64,000 nucleotides of DNA from Thermomicrobiales bacterium (GTDB taxonomy: Bacteria; Chloroflexota; Chloroflexia; Thermomicrobiales; CFX8). Position numbers and translations under genes: made by a program. The notes under the pieces are model-generated. The model was not told where the DNA came from and did no database searches. It saw only the letters and a program-made list of their open reading frames with translations. Position 1 is the first letter of the stretch; each line of letters begins with the position of its first letter. The stretch covers positions 4,835 through 68,834 of the forward strand of contig JBGSWU010000181.1 in the NCBI GenBank assembly GCA_041751795.1, in the 5' to 3' direction. Shown one piece after another: positions 54,066-62,749 of this stretch.

Positions 54066-56996
54066 CTAATCCTCGTCAAAACGGCTATCGCCGAATACCA
54101 CAGTTCGCTGGTTCAGAAAATCGCCGACGCGAGTTGAGACCAGATGGGTCGATCCAACAGTAAACTCGCAACTCGGAAGTGAGTTCACAAACGCATCCCC
54201 GTATCGCCTGCTGACGATCCGGCGATCAAGAACGACACACGCACCACGATCCTCCGCACTTCGGATTAAACGTCCAAAGCCCTGTTTGAACCGGAGAATC
54301 GCCTGTGGCACGGCGTACTGCGAAAACGGATCGTCAAATTGTTCGCTTCTTGCGGCAAATACTGGGTCCGAAGGAACCGGGAACGGAAGTTTCGTGATAA
54401 CTAGCAGACTAAGGGCATCACCGACGATGTCAACTCCTTCCCAGAACGAGTTGGTCCCAAGAATCACCGTACTCGGATTAGCTTTCAGTCGGTCGATGAG
54501 TTGGCGAGGCGATCCGTCTATGCGTTGGCCAAGGACGAGAATGTTGCGCGATTCCAACGTCCGCTTGATCGCCCGGTACGTCGATTGCAGGGCACTGTGC
54601 GATGTGAACAGCACCATCGCCCGGCCACCGGAAGCGCCGCAGACTTCAATGATGGACTCCTGAAGCTTTTTCTGGTGTCCTGGTTGACCAGGTTCCGGAA
54701 CATCGTCTGTGACAGCAAGCAACGCGCTGCGCTCGTAATTAAATGGCGACGCGACTCGGAGTTCGTCGGCGTCGTCCAGAGAGAGCCGGTCGCGAACGTA
54801 ATCAAATGAGCCATCCGTCGTCAACGTCGCGGATGTCAACGTTACGCTTTCGCATCGATCGAACAATCGCTCGTTGAGGATCGCTCCCACGTGTAGCGGT
54901 GCTGCATGACCAGACGTTTCGTCAGTCGTAGGACGACGGGAAAGCCAATAAATCATCTCGTTGCTCGGTGTCGAAACGAACTGCGTCATACGTTCACGGA
55001 GGACTTCAATATCCTGTTCGAGAACTTCGAACTCGGTCCGCATCTCCGGACGCGTCGGCAATTCGTCGTCGGTGAACCCATCAATCGAGCGATTAAAGAA
55101 TCGCAGATCGTCGATGAGGCGACCGAGCGGTTGCATCAGGTCATCCCACTCGATTTCCAGTTGTGACCAGCCCGGATCACGGCGTGCTGCCGACGTCACG
55201 CGTAGTTGGCGATCGTAACCTGTACTTTCATGCTCATAGCGCTCCATGAAATCGCCTAGAGCGATAAAGAACCGGTCGACCCCGTCTCCGCAAGCTTTCG
55301 CATTCGCATGGGCTTCGACGAGTCGAGGCTGAAGGATCGCCGCCGTGGATCTGCTTCGATCGCCACCTTGCCCCGCAACAGAACGAAATGTTAGTCCCAG
55401 AGCACCTCCAATCCCGAGCACGTCCGATTCTGTAACCACTCTATGGATGAGGTCAACCGCGTTGCCGCGGGTAAGAGCAAAACCGACCCGTTCAGTCGCC
55501 TCCGCTTCGAGATGTTGTGCCTCGTCGATAACCAGTTGTCGATACGGTGGAATCACGGAATGTCTTGCCAATAGATCCGAGATCAACAGCGAATGATTGA
55601 CGATGACGATATGGGCCGACTCCGCTTCTTGCCTGGCACGGAAAAGGAAGCACTGATTCCGACGATGAAAGACGCATTGACCGGGAATACAGGCGCCTTC
55701 TTCTTCAGCCAGGCGGCCCCAATATCCGCGCTGGTCCGGCGACAAGTGCAGCTCCGCGCTGTCTCCAGTCTGAGTCTGCTGCAACCAGGCGATGATCTTG
55801 GCGTATAACTGCGCTTGAGCCGGGGACGTCGCATCCTCACGCTGTGCGATAAACCAGCGACGAAGACAGAGGTAGTTCGCTCGACCCTTCAGCACTGCGA
55901 CCTTGAGATCACGAAGTGGGATCAGCGCAGCATCTGGGCCATTCGCATCCGCCTCCTCGGCGGCAGCGATCAGCGCGGGAACGTCTTTCTTCAAAAGTTG
56001 ATCCTGCAACGCGATCGTTGCAGTGGACACGATCACTCGGTCGCCCTGCTCGACTGCGTGGAGCGCGGCAGGTAAAAGGTAACCGAGAGATTTGCCAGTC
56101 CCTGTACCTGCTTCTACAAGCAGTTGGCCGCCGTCGTTCAGCGTCTCCGCAACGCGCTGCGTCATCTGAAGCTGTTGAGAACGTTGTTCGAAACCAGGTA
56201 CTGACCGTGAAAACGGTCCGTTCGCAGCCATCGCAGAATCGAGCGTTTCTGGCTCGATGTGGTTACTGCTTCCAGTTACCTCAAGTCGTTCAGAGCGCTC
56301 ACGTGGCATCAGGAACATCGCCTCGGAACCAAGTTCCGGAGCCGACGAGAGTTGAGCGAGGAGTTTCTCACCCAGAGATGTTCCAATAAGGTTGGCGTCT
56401 GATTGCCGCTCGCGCAGCAGCCCGCCGAAGAATCGAGTCAAGTGAGACCCAGACAAGCGTGTAACGTGGATGAGCCGCTCAAGCGTCGCGTCATCGAACT
56501 CGTCGGCACGTTCAACCAGGCGATTGAACACTGCCATCGTCGTCTCAGCATCCGCAACAGCCCGGTGCTTCGACGGAACCTCAACCCCAAGTGTCGTAGC
56601 GATTGTCCCCAGGTTATAGGCCGGCAACTCTGGCAACAGGACCGTTGCCAGTTCAAATGTGTCATATCGAACATTCGGAAAGCGCAGCCCAGCCGCCTGC
56701 AGCATTTCGATGTCCATCTCGACGGACTGACCCACGATTGGCGCCTGTCGGACGAAATCACGCAGTCGTGGAGCAACCGTCGCGAACAATGGTGCGCGCT
56801 TGAGTTCGTCATTTGTCAAACCGGTGAGTGTCTGGATTCCGAGAGAAATCGAACGTGTTGGCCGCACGAGTTCCTCAAACCGATCGATGATCTTATCCCC
56901 GCGAAACTTTACGGCGCCAATCTCGATAACTTCGTCACGGTTTGGGTCCATCCCGGTCGCTTCGAGATCAAGTGCGACGCAAACGTCACTCAGCAT
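54066..56996 (-). CDS. dinG: DinG-family ATP-dependent helicase fused to an N-terminal DnaQ-like 3'-5' exonuclease domain
   Basis: 976 aa. Exo motif ALDLEATGMDPNRDEVIEIGA, helicase motif I EAGTGTGKS, DEAQHL box, and C-terminal helicase motifs (GSFWEGVD, QGFGRLIR). The architecture matches Bacillus-type DinG. Confidence 0.9.
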   Translation of the reverse strand: MLSDVCVALDLEATGMDPNRDEVIEIGAVKFRGDKIIDRFEELVRPTRSISLGIQTLTGLTNDELKRAPLFATVAPRLRDFVRQAPIVGQSVEMDIEMLQAAGLRFPNVRYDTFELATVLLPELPAYNLGTIATTLGVEVPSKHRAVADAETTMAVFNRLVERADEFDDATLERLIHVTRLSGSHLTRFFGGLLRERQSDANLIGTSLGEKLLAQLSSAPELGSEAMFLMPRERSERLEVTGSSNHIEPETLDSAMAANGPFSRSVPGFEQRSQQLQMTQRVAETLNDGGQLLVEAGTGTGKSLGYLLPAALHAVEQGDRVIVSTATIALQDQLLKKDVPALIAAAEEADANGPDAALIPLRDLKVAVLKGRANYLCLRRWFIAQREDATSPAQAQLYAKIIAWLQQTQTGDSAELHLSPDQRGYWGRLAEEEGACIPGQCVFHRRNQCFLFRARQEAESAHIVIVNHSLLISDLLARHSVIPPYRQLVIDEAQHLEAEATERVGFALTRGNAVDLIHRVVTESDVLGIGGALGLTFRSVAGQGGDRSRSTAAILQPRLVEAHANAKACGDGVDRFFIALGDFMERYEHESTGYDRQLRVTSAARRDPGWSQLEIEWDDLMQPLGRLIDDLRFFNRSIDGFTDDELPTRPEMRTEFEVLEQDIEVLRERMTQFVSTPSNEMIYWLSRRPTTDETSGHAAPLHVGAILNERLFDRCESVTLTSATLTTDGSFDYVRDRLSLDDADELRVASPFNYERSALLAVTDDVPEPGQPGHQKKLQESIIEVCGASGGRAMVLFTSHSALQSTYRAIKRTLESRNILVLGQRIDGSPRQLIDRLKANPSTVILGTNSFWEGVDIVGDALSLLVITKLPFPVPSDPVFAARSEQFDDPFSQYAVPQAILRFKQGFGRLIRSAEDRGACVVLDRRIVSRRYGDAFVNSLPSCEFTVGSTHLVSTRVGDFLNQRTVVFGDSRFDED

Positions 56997-57009
56997 CCTG
57001 ACGACCAGA

Positions 57010-58161
57010 TCATGATTCGTTTCCCGCCACGATTGACGCGGCTGCTATCGTCAACATCCCGAGTTGCGCCATTCCTGTCGCAATTGGCGGTACTTCGATG
57101 AATTCACCAATCGTATGACCCTGTCCACCGTGCGTAATTCCGATACAAACAGACGGGATGCCGACACTGATCGGCATATTCGCGTCAGTGCTTGACGCGT
57201 CAAACACCGGATCAAACCCCAAGTTCTGAAGAATCGTTCCGGCGTTCTGCACCAGCGGATGTGTTCGTGGACAGACACCTGCCGGACGTTCGCCCAGCAC
57301 CTCAACGTCGGCTCGAAGTCCATCTCCAGCTGCAGTCGCGACGATGGTGCCAACACGATCGACAAGCCGCTTCAGTGCTGTCGAATCGGACGACCGCATG
57401 TCGACGAGCGCGCTCGCCTCGGCCGCGATCGTATTGACTGATGTGCCGCCCTGAATTGTTCCAATGTTGTACGTCGTTTTCGGTTCAGTCGGAACTTCAA
57501 GACTTGCGATCTGAGAAACAATCCGTGACAGCCCATGAATCGCGTTAGGCTGGCCGAACGCTCCCCAGGAGTGTCCGCCGGGTCCCGTGACACGCACTCG
57601 CCAACGGGTAGATCCGACTCCAGCGTGTGTCACTCGACCCAGATTGTGACCTTCAACCGCGATCACTGCGCCGAGGTCGGACCCAAAGTGCTCCACAGCA
57701 TCGCGGATTCCGCGTAAATTTCCCAAGCCCTCTTCACCGACGGTCGCAGCGACAATCACATCAACGTCTGTCTCATGCGAGAGGGCGTCAAGCAACTGCA
57801 GCGTTCCGAGCATTGAGGCGACACCAAGGCTGTTATCGCCGATTCCGGGGCCAAACAGTCGATCGCCATCTCGTCGCACGTTCAGATTGGTTCCGGCAGG
57901 AAACACCGTGTCAGTATGGGCAGCCAGCATGACCGCCTTGCCTCCACGGCTGCCGCGCCGAGCGTAGACGTTGCCGATGTCGTCGACGTCCGCCACGTAA
58001 CCAATGCGTGCAAGCAAACTTGCTACAAATAGACTACGTTCCTGCTCAGCGCCAGTAGGCGCAGGGACCTCGCAGATGGCAACCGAACGCTCTACGACCT
58101 CGTCGAGCAATTGATCGGCAGCAGAACGCACACGTTGAAGTTGGCGCTGGGTTGGCGTCAA
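57010..58161 (-). CDS. M20 family metallopeptidase (ArgE/DapE/PepT-like)
   Basis: 383 aa. AHTDTVF, GIGDNSLG and VGEEGLGNLRG motifs. TTG start preceded by GGAGGA. Confidence 0.8.
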   Translation of the reverse strand: MTPTQRQLQRVRSAADQLLDEVVERSVAICEVPAPTGAEQERSLFVASLLARIGYVADVDDIGNVYARRGSRGGKAVMLAAHTDTVFPAGTNLNVRRDGDRLFGPGIGDNSLGVASMLGTLQLLDALSHETDVDVIVAATVGEEGLGNLRGIRDAVEHFGSDLGAVIAVEGHNLGRVTHAGVGSTRWRVRVTGPGGHSWGAFGQPNAIHGLSRIVSQIASLEVPTEPKTTYNIGTIQGGTSVNTIAAEASALVDMRSSDSTALKRLVDRVGTIVATAAGDGLRADVEVLGERPAGVCPRTHPLVQNAGTILQNLGFDPVFDASSTDANMPISVGIPSVCIGITHGGQGHTIGEFIEVPPIATGMAQLGMLTIAAASIVAGNES

Positions 58162-58332
58162 TCGTCCTCCAGGGACAGACAGGATCGGCGAGATTGCAGT
58201 TGACGGCGTATCGAGGCGTGCGGTTGCACAGATTCGCGCGAATCCGGGACTGCCGTCAAGATTGCCAGTATAGCACGCAGACGGCCCCGAATGGCCGTAA
58301 GGACGCGGAATCTTTGAATCCGGCGGTTCTCC

Positions 58333-58361
58333 TTGACACCCGTTCTCAGGCTCCGTACAGT
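58333..58361 (+). promoter_or_regulatory. Sigma-70 promoter for sdhCDAB (TTGACA-17-TACAGT)
   Basis: TTGACA at 58333..58338, a 17-nt spacer, and TACAGT at 58356..58361, about 95 nt upstream of sdhC. Confidence 0.5.
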
Positions 58362-58454
58362 GACACCGGCTTTGCGCGCATTCTGCCGGTCATTCCCTCG
58401 ACTACTCCACCTCCGCTGTGCGCGCTTTTCACCAGGTGTTGAGGAGGAGGGTTG

Positions 58455-58811
58455 ATGCAGCGAATTTATCGAGGCCGAGAAGGCATGATTTCATGGGCGC
58501 TCCACCGATTGACCGGACTTGGAGTGCTACTCTTTCTGCTTATTCACATCGCCGACATATATGTCGTCGGGTATGGTCCCGAAGAGTTTGATTCTCTGTT
58601 ATTCATTTACAACACCCTCGGCTTCCGGTTAATGGAAGTCATGCTGGTCGCTGCGCTGTACTACCACGCGATCAATGGCGTCCGCATCATTATGATCGAC
58701 TTCTGGGAAGGTGCCGTCCTAATCCAGCGTCAGTTGTGGTATGGCGGGATCGTCGTCTTCTTCCTGACGTTTATCCCAACAGCCTTGCTGATGTTGCGGC
58801 CACTGTTCTAA
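58455..58811 (+). CDS. sdhC: Succinate dehydrogenase cytochrome b subunit
   Basis: Three TM helices with a heme-ligand His context (HRLTGLGVLLFLLIHI). GAGGAGGAGGG SD lies upstream. It is the first gene of the sdh operon. Confidence 0.8.
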   Translation: MQRIYRGREGMISWALHRLTGLGVLLFLLIHIADIYVVGYGPEEFDSLLFIYNTLGFRLMEVMLVAALYYHAINGVRIIMIDFWEGAVLIQRQLWYGGIVVFFLTFIPTALLMLRPLF

Positions 58812-58838
58812 AACGATGAGTCGACGGGGGAATGGTTC

Positions 58839-59249
58839 ATGCTGAGTCGCGGAGGTGGCCGGGCACGACCGGCTGAGGGCAGTAGTTTCGAAGTCTTTTC
58901 CTGGTATTTTTTCCGAGTCAGCGGATTACTGCTGATCTTCTTTGCCATCGCACACGTCGTTATCATGCACGTCATCAACACCGTCGACGAGATCGACTAT
59001 GCCTTTGTCGCGGACAGGTGGGGTTCTCCATTCTGGAAGGTCTACGACTTTCTCCTGCTGACGCTGGCGCTGCTTCATGGCATCAATGGCGCACGACTTA
59101 GCATTGAAGACTATATTCAGAGTAGTGGTTGGCGCACATTTGCGATGACAACGCTCTGGGTGACAGCTTTCGTCTTCATGGTCATCGGCGCCATGGCAAT
59201 CGTTACATTCGATCCTGCGGCATTTGAAGCCGCTCATGCAGGGAGATAG
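58839..59249 (+). CDS. sdhD: Succinate dehydrogenase hydrophobic membrane anchor subunit
   Basis: 136 aa with three TM helices, located between sdhC and sdhA. Confidence 0.7.
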   Translation: MLSRGGGRARPAEGSSFEVFSWYFFRVSGLLLIFFAIAHVVIMHVINTVDEIDYAFVADRWGSPFWKVYDFLLLTLALLHGINGARLSIEDYIQSSGWRTFAMTTLWVTAFVFMVIGAMAIVTFDPAAFEAAHAGR

Positions 59250-59253
59250 CGCG

Positions 59254-60984
59254 ATGTATCACCGATATGATGCGCTCGTCATAGGCGCTGGTGGCGCGGG
59301 GCTGATGGCCGCGGCACAACTTTCCAACGTCTGCAGCACCGCCGTCATCTCCAAGCTATATCCTCCACGTTCACACACTGGTGCAGCGCAAGGCGGCATC
59401 GGTGCTGCACTGGGGAACGTCGAGGAAGATAACTGGCTCTGGCATATGTTCGACACCGTCAAGGGTGGCGACTATTTAACCGATCAGGACGCTGCGGAGG
59501 TTCTGGCACGCGAAGCAATCGACGCTGTTTTCGAGCTTGAACATATGGGACTACCTTTCAACCGCACGCCGGACGGGAAGATTGACCAGCGGCGATTCGG
59601 TGGACACACCCGCAACTACGGCGAAGGTCCTGTCCGTCGAGCATGCTACTCCGCTGACAGAACCGGCCACATGATCCTGTACACGCTGTATCAACAGGGC
59701 ATCAAAAACGATGTCGAGTTTTATGACGAGTACATGATGCTCGACCTACTTATTACAGAGGACGGAATCTGCAACGGGATTGTTGCGCTGAATGTTGCCG
59801 ATGGCGAAATTCACATCTTCCATGCCAAGGCGGTCATTCTCGCGACTGGCGGATTCGGACGTGTCTTCAAGATCACTTCAAACGCAATGGCAGCAACCGG
59901 TGATGGAGTCGCCGTTGCCTTCCGGCGCGGCATTCCGCTCGAAGACATGGAGTTTTACCAGTTCCATCCGACGGGAATTAACAAACTCGGTATTCTGCTT
60001 ACCGAAGGCGCTCGTGGAGAAGGCGGCATCCTCCGCAACTCTTCGGGTGAGCGCTTCATGGAACGTTACACGCCAACCCTGAAAGACCTGGCGCCACGCG
60101 ACATGGTCTCACGTTGTATCTGGCAGGAGATTCGAGAGGGTCGCGGAATCGGACCGGACAAAGACTACATTCATCTCGATCTGACACACCTTCCGCCAGG
60201 CGCGCTCGAAGCGAAACTTCCCGACATTACCGATTTCGTACGGACATACATGGGAATCGATCCAGTCACCCAACCGATTCCGATCCAACCAACTGCCCAC
60301 TATGCGATGGGCGGCGTTCCAACTGACATCGACGGGCGCGTCACCATCGACCCTGAAAACACTGTCCTCCCGGGCTTGTATGCAGCAGGTGAGGTGGCCT
60401 GCGTATCCGTCCATGGAGCGAACCGGCTTGGAACCAACAGCCTCGTCGACCTCGTCGTCTTCGGGCGTAGGGCTGGCAAGCACGCTGCGGAGTTCGTCAA
60501 GACCACGGACCTTGCTCCGCTGCCGCCGGAACCAGACTTCCGTGCTCGCGCTGAGATCAGCAACCTCATAGAGCGCTCAAAGGGCGAGAACGTTGCCGAT
60601 ATCCGAGCGTCAATGCAGTCCGAAATGATGGACAAATCCAGCGTGTTCCGGACCGGGGAGGGACTCCAGGATGTTCGGGGCACACTTGGAAACCTCAGGG
60701 ACCGCTACTCCCAGGTCGCAATCGACGACAAGGGCAAGATTCACAACATGGACCTCGTCGAAGCGCTGGAACTCGGCTACATGCTCGATTGCGCCGAGGC
60801 TCTGGTTGAGGGAGCAGTCACGCGAACCGAGAGTCGTGGCGCGCATCTCCGTGAAGACTACCCAGAGCGGGATGACGCGAACTGGTTGAAGCACACACTG
60901 GCCTACAAGACATCCGGTGGTATTCAAATGCAATACAAGCAGGTCGTCTTGACACGATTCGAGCCGAAGGAGCGCAAGTACTAA
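59254..60984 (+). CDS. sdhA: Succinate dehydrogenase flavoprotein subunit
   Basis: Start at ATG 59254 ([20 protein letters not shown]) after GGGAGA. FAD attachment [10 protein letters not shown], and HPTG and HGANRLG motifs. Confidence 0.95.
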   Translation: MYHRYDALVIGAGGAGLMAAAQLSNVCSTAVISKLYPPRSHTGAAQGGIGAALGNVEEDNWLWHMFDTVKGGDYLTDQDAAEVLAREAIDAVFELEHMGLPFNRTPDGKIDQRRFGGHTRNYGEGPVRRACYSADRTGHMILYTLYQQGIKNDVEFYDEYMMLDLLITEDGICNGIVALNVADGEIHIFHAKAVILATGGFGRVFKITSNAMAATGDGVAVAFRRGIPLEDMEFYQFHPTGINKLGILLTEGARGEGGILRNSSGERFMERYTPTLKDLAPRDMVSRCIWQEIREGRGIGPDKDYIHLDLTHLPPGALEAKLPDITDFVRTYMGIDPVTQPIPIQPTAHYAMGGVPTDIDGRVTIDPENTVLPGLYAAGEVACVSVHGANRLGTNSLVDLVVFGRRAGKHAAEFVKTTDLAPLPPEPDFRARAEISNLIERSKGENVADIRASMQSEMMDKSSVFRTGEGLQDVRGTLGNLRDRYSQVAIDDKGKIHNMDLVEALELGYMLDCAEALVEGAVTRTESRGAHLREDYPERDDANWLKHTLAYKTSGGIQMQYKQVVLTRFEPKERKY

Positions 60985-61685
60985 TGCAGGTCAAGATAAA
61001 GATCCTCCGGTTCAATCCTGAGAAGGACACGAAAGCCCATTACGAGACGTATACCGTCGAGCAGGAACCAACCGATCGCGTTCTTGACGCGCTGAACAAG
61101 ATCAAGTGGTACACCGACGGCACGCTCACCTTTCGGCGCTCCTGCGCGCACGGCGTTTGTGGCTCCGACGCGATGCGGATCAATGGCCGCAACCGTCTGG
61201 CCTGCAAACTGTTGATTCAGGACGTTGGCGCGAACATCACTGTTGAGCCGATCATGGGGTTCAGGGTCATCAAAGATCTCGTTGTTGACATGGAGCCATT
61301 CTTCGCCGGGTATCGCGCTGTGAAGCCGTTTTTGATCACCAACGATCAGGCGCCATCGGGACGCGAGCGATACCAGTCCCCAGAGGACCGAGAGCGCATC
61401 GACGACACGTCCAAGTGCATCATGTGCGCTTGCTGCACGACTGCGTGTCCAATCACCTGGACCAATCAGGACTTTATCGGTCCGGCAGCGATCGTCCAGG
61501 CTCACCGATTCATTTACGACAGCCGCGATCAGGGAGCCGACCAGCGACTATCAATCATGAACGACAAATCCGGCGTCTGGCGCTGCCGAACGATCTTCAA
61601 TTGCACCGATGCCTGCCCAAGAGACATCAAGATCACGAAGGCAATCGAACAGGTCAAACGGACTCTTCTATACGACCGCGTGTAA
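60984..61685 (+). CDS. sdhB: Succinate dehydrogenase iron-sulfur subunit
   Basis: 2Fe-2S (CAHGVCGSDAMRINGRNRLAC), 4Fe-4S (CIMCACCTTACP) and 3Fe-4S (CRTIFNCTDACP) motifs. There is a 1-nt overlap with the sdhA stop. Confidence 0.95.
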   Translation: MQVKIKILRFNPEKDTKAHYETYTVEQEPTDRVLDALNKIKWYTDGTLTFRRSCAHGVCGSDAMRINGRNRLACKLLIQDVGANITVEPIMGFRVIKDLVVDMEPFFAGYRAVKPFLITNDQAPSGRERYQSPEDRERIDDTSKCIMCACCTTACPITWTNQDFIGPAAIVQAHRFIYDSRDQGADQRLSIMNDKSGVWRCRTIFNCTDACPRDIKITKAIEQVKRTLLYDRV

Positions 61686-61781
61686 CGCGTTCGACTACCC
61701 CAGAAATCACCGGCGACTGGCGACCTTCAACCTGTTATACTCCCGTATTCAGTGAAGGCCGCTATCGCCGGAGGATGAATC

Positions 61782-62279
61782 GTGGAGAACCCCTTTAGTT
61801 GGGACTACCTGACCGCGCCAGTCAGAGAAACCGCATTGTTCGGACCGTTTTCAATCGGGTATCTGGTCCTATTCAGTCTGGTGTTCTTCGTCAGCGCATT
61901 TCTGTTTATCGACGCTGGTCGGCGATTCGCCAACCATAAGCTCAACCGGGATACATTCCGAAGGTTTGCGACCTGGATGATGTGGGTCAGCGTAATCGCG
62001 CTCTTCTTCTTTGGTGTCCGGGCGACGCAAACGCCGATGCTCACCCTGGAAAAACGCATCTGGATGTACCTGACGTTTCTCGCGTTCCTGATCGTCATCG
62101 GATTAATCGTTCAGTACATGCGAACGACGTATCCGGCAAAACTTGCGGCGTTCGAGAAGAGCCGGGAGCGCCGAGCTTGGCAACACGCTGCACGCCGTCC
62201 GGGTGGACAAACTTCGGTTCGAGCCGGCCAGCGAACGCAGCCGCGGCCAGCGGCTCGTAAACGTCGGGCGACTCGATAA
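61782..62279 (+). CDS. Hypothetical membrane protein (three TM helices, basic C-terminal tail)
   Basis: GTG start after GGAGGA. Hydrophobic helices, followed by a strong terminator. No family recognised. Confidence 0.55.
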   Translation: MENPFSWDYLTAPVRETALFGPFSIGYLVLFSLVFFVSAFLFIDAGRRFANHKLNRDTFRRFATWMMWVSVIALFFFGVRATQTPMLTLEKRIWMYLTFLAFLIVIGLIVQYMRTTYPAKLAAFEKSRERRAWQHAARRPGGQTSVRAGQRTQPRPAARKRRATR

Positions 62280-62303
62280 CCCGAAGCGCAAACACGGCAA
62301 AAG

Positions 62304-62338
62304 AATACCGGGCCAGGCGATGTGCCTGGCCCGGTATT
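62304..62338. terminator. Bidirectional intrinsic terminator shared by the membrane-protein gene (+) and the SRP RNA (-)
   Basis: Perfect 15-bp stem AATACCGGGCCAGGC-GATGT-GCCTGGCCCGGTATT. An A-tract on the left gives a U-tail for the minus-strand transcript. Confidence 0.75.
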
Positions 62339-62349
62339 GTGTTCAAGGA

Positions 62350-62621
62350 GTGGCCGTGCACCCTCCAGTCGATCTGCGATCCTCCAGCTTGCGTCAGCTA
62401 GTTAGCTCCAGTCAGGCAGCCCCACGTCACCCACGGGTAACCGTTTATGGCTGCTTCCTTCCGGACCTGACCAGGTTCGCGGGTCCGCGCCGCGCAGGAC
62501 CTAACCTTCATCACCACTTAGCCGAGCAGTCCCAAAGGGTCGGACCTCAGGAGGGAATTCCGTCCCGCTAAAGCGGATTGCGGGTGCAGGGCACCGCTAG
62601 CTCCCCACCTAGCACGACCAC
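62350..62621 (-). ncRNA. ffs: Signal recognition particle RNA, large (Bacillus-type, with Alu domain)
   Basis: The minus strand reads GGTCGTGCTAGGTGGGGAGCTAGCGGTGCCCTGCACCCGCAATCCGCTTTAGC... This closely parallels the 5' Alu domain of B. subtilis scRNA as I recall it. It then contains the universally conserved domain IV motif GGTCAGGTCCGGAAGGAAGCAGCC and ends ...GGAGGGTGCACGGCCAC. That end pairs with the 5' GTGGTCGTGC. A TATAAT lies at 62631..62626 just upstream. Confidence 0.85.
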
Positions 62622-62749
62622 GACAATTATACACCCTTCGACGAGCGCAATCAGCGGTTGAATGTCCGTGAACCAACAGCGAAAATCGACGCGGGTAATG
62701 TCCATACCGGTTCGAGCCTGACCTACAACTGAGCGGTACAATTCGGGCG

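Noticed and set aside
62143-62571. 142-aa plus-strand ORF, and the 205-aa minus-strand ORF at 62518..63135, spanning the gap between the membrane-protein gene and the last gene.
   Set aside because: The region is explained by a terminator hairpin and a minus-strand SRP RNA with conserved domain IV and Alu-domain sequence. The ORF translations are low-complexity and R/P-rich.
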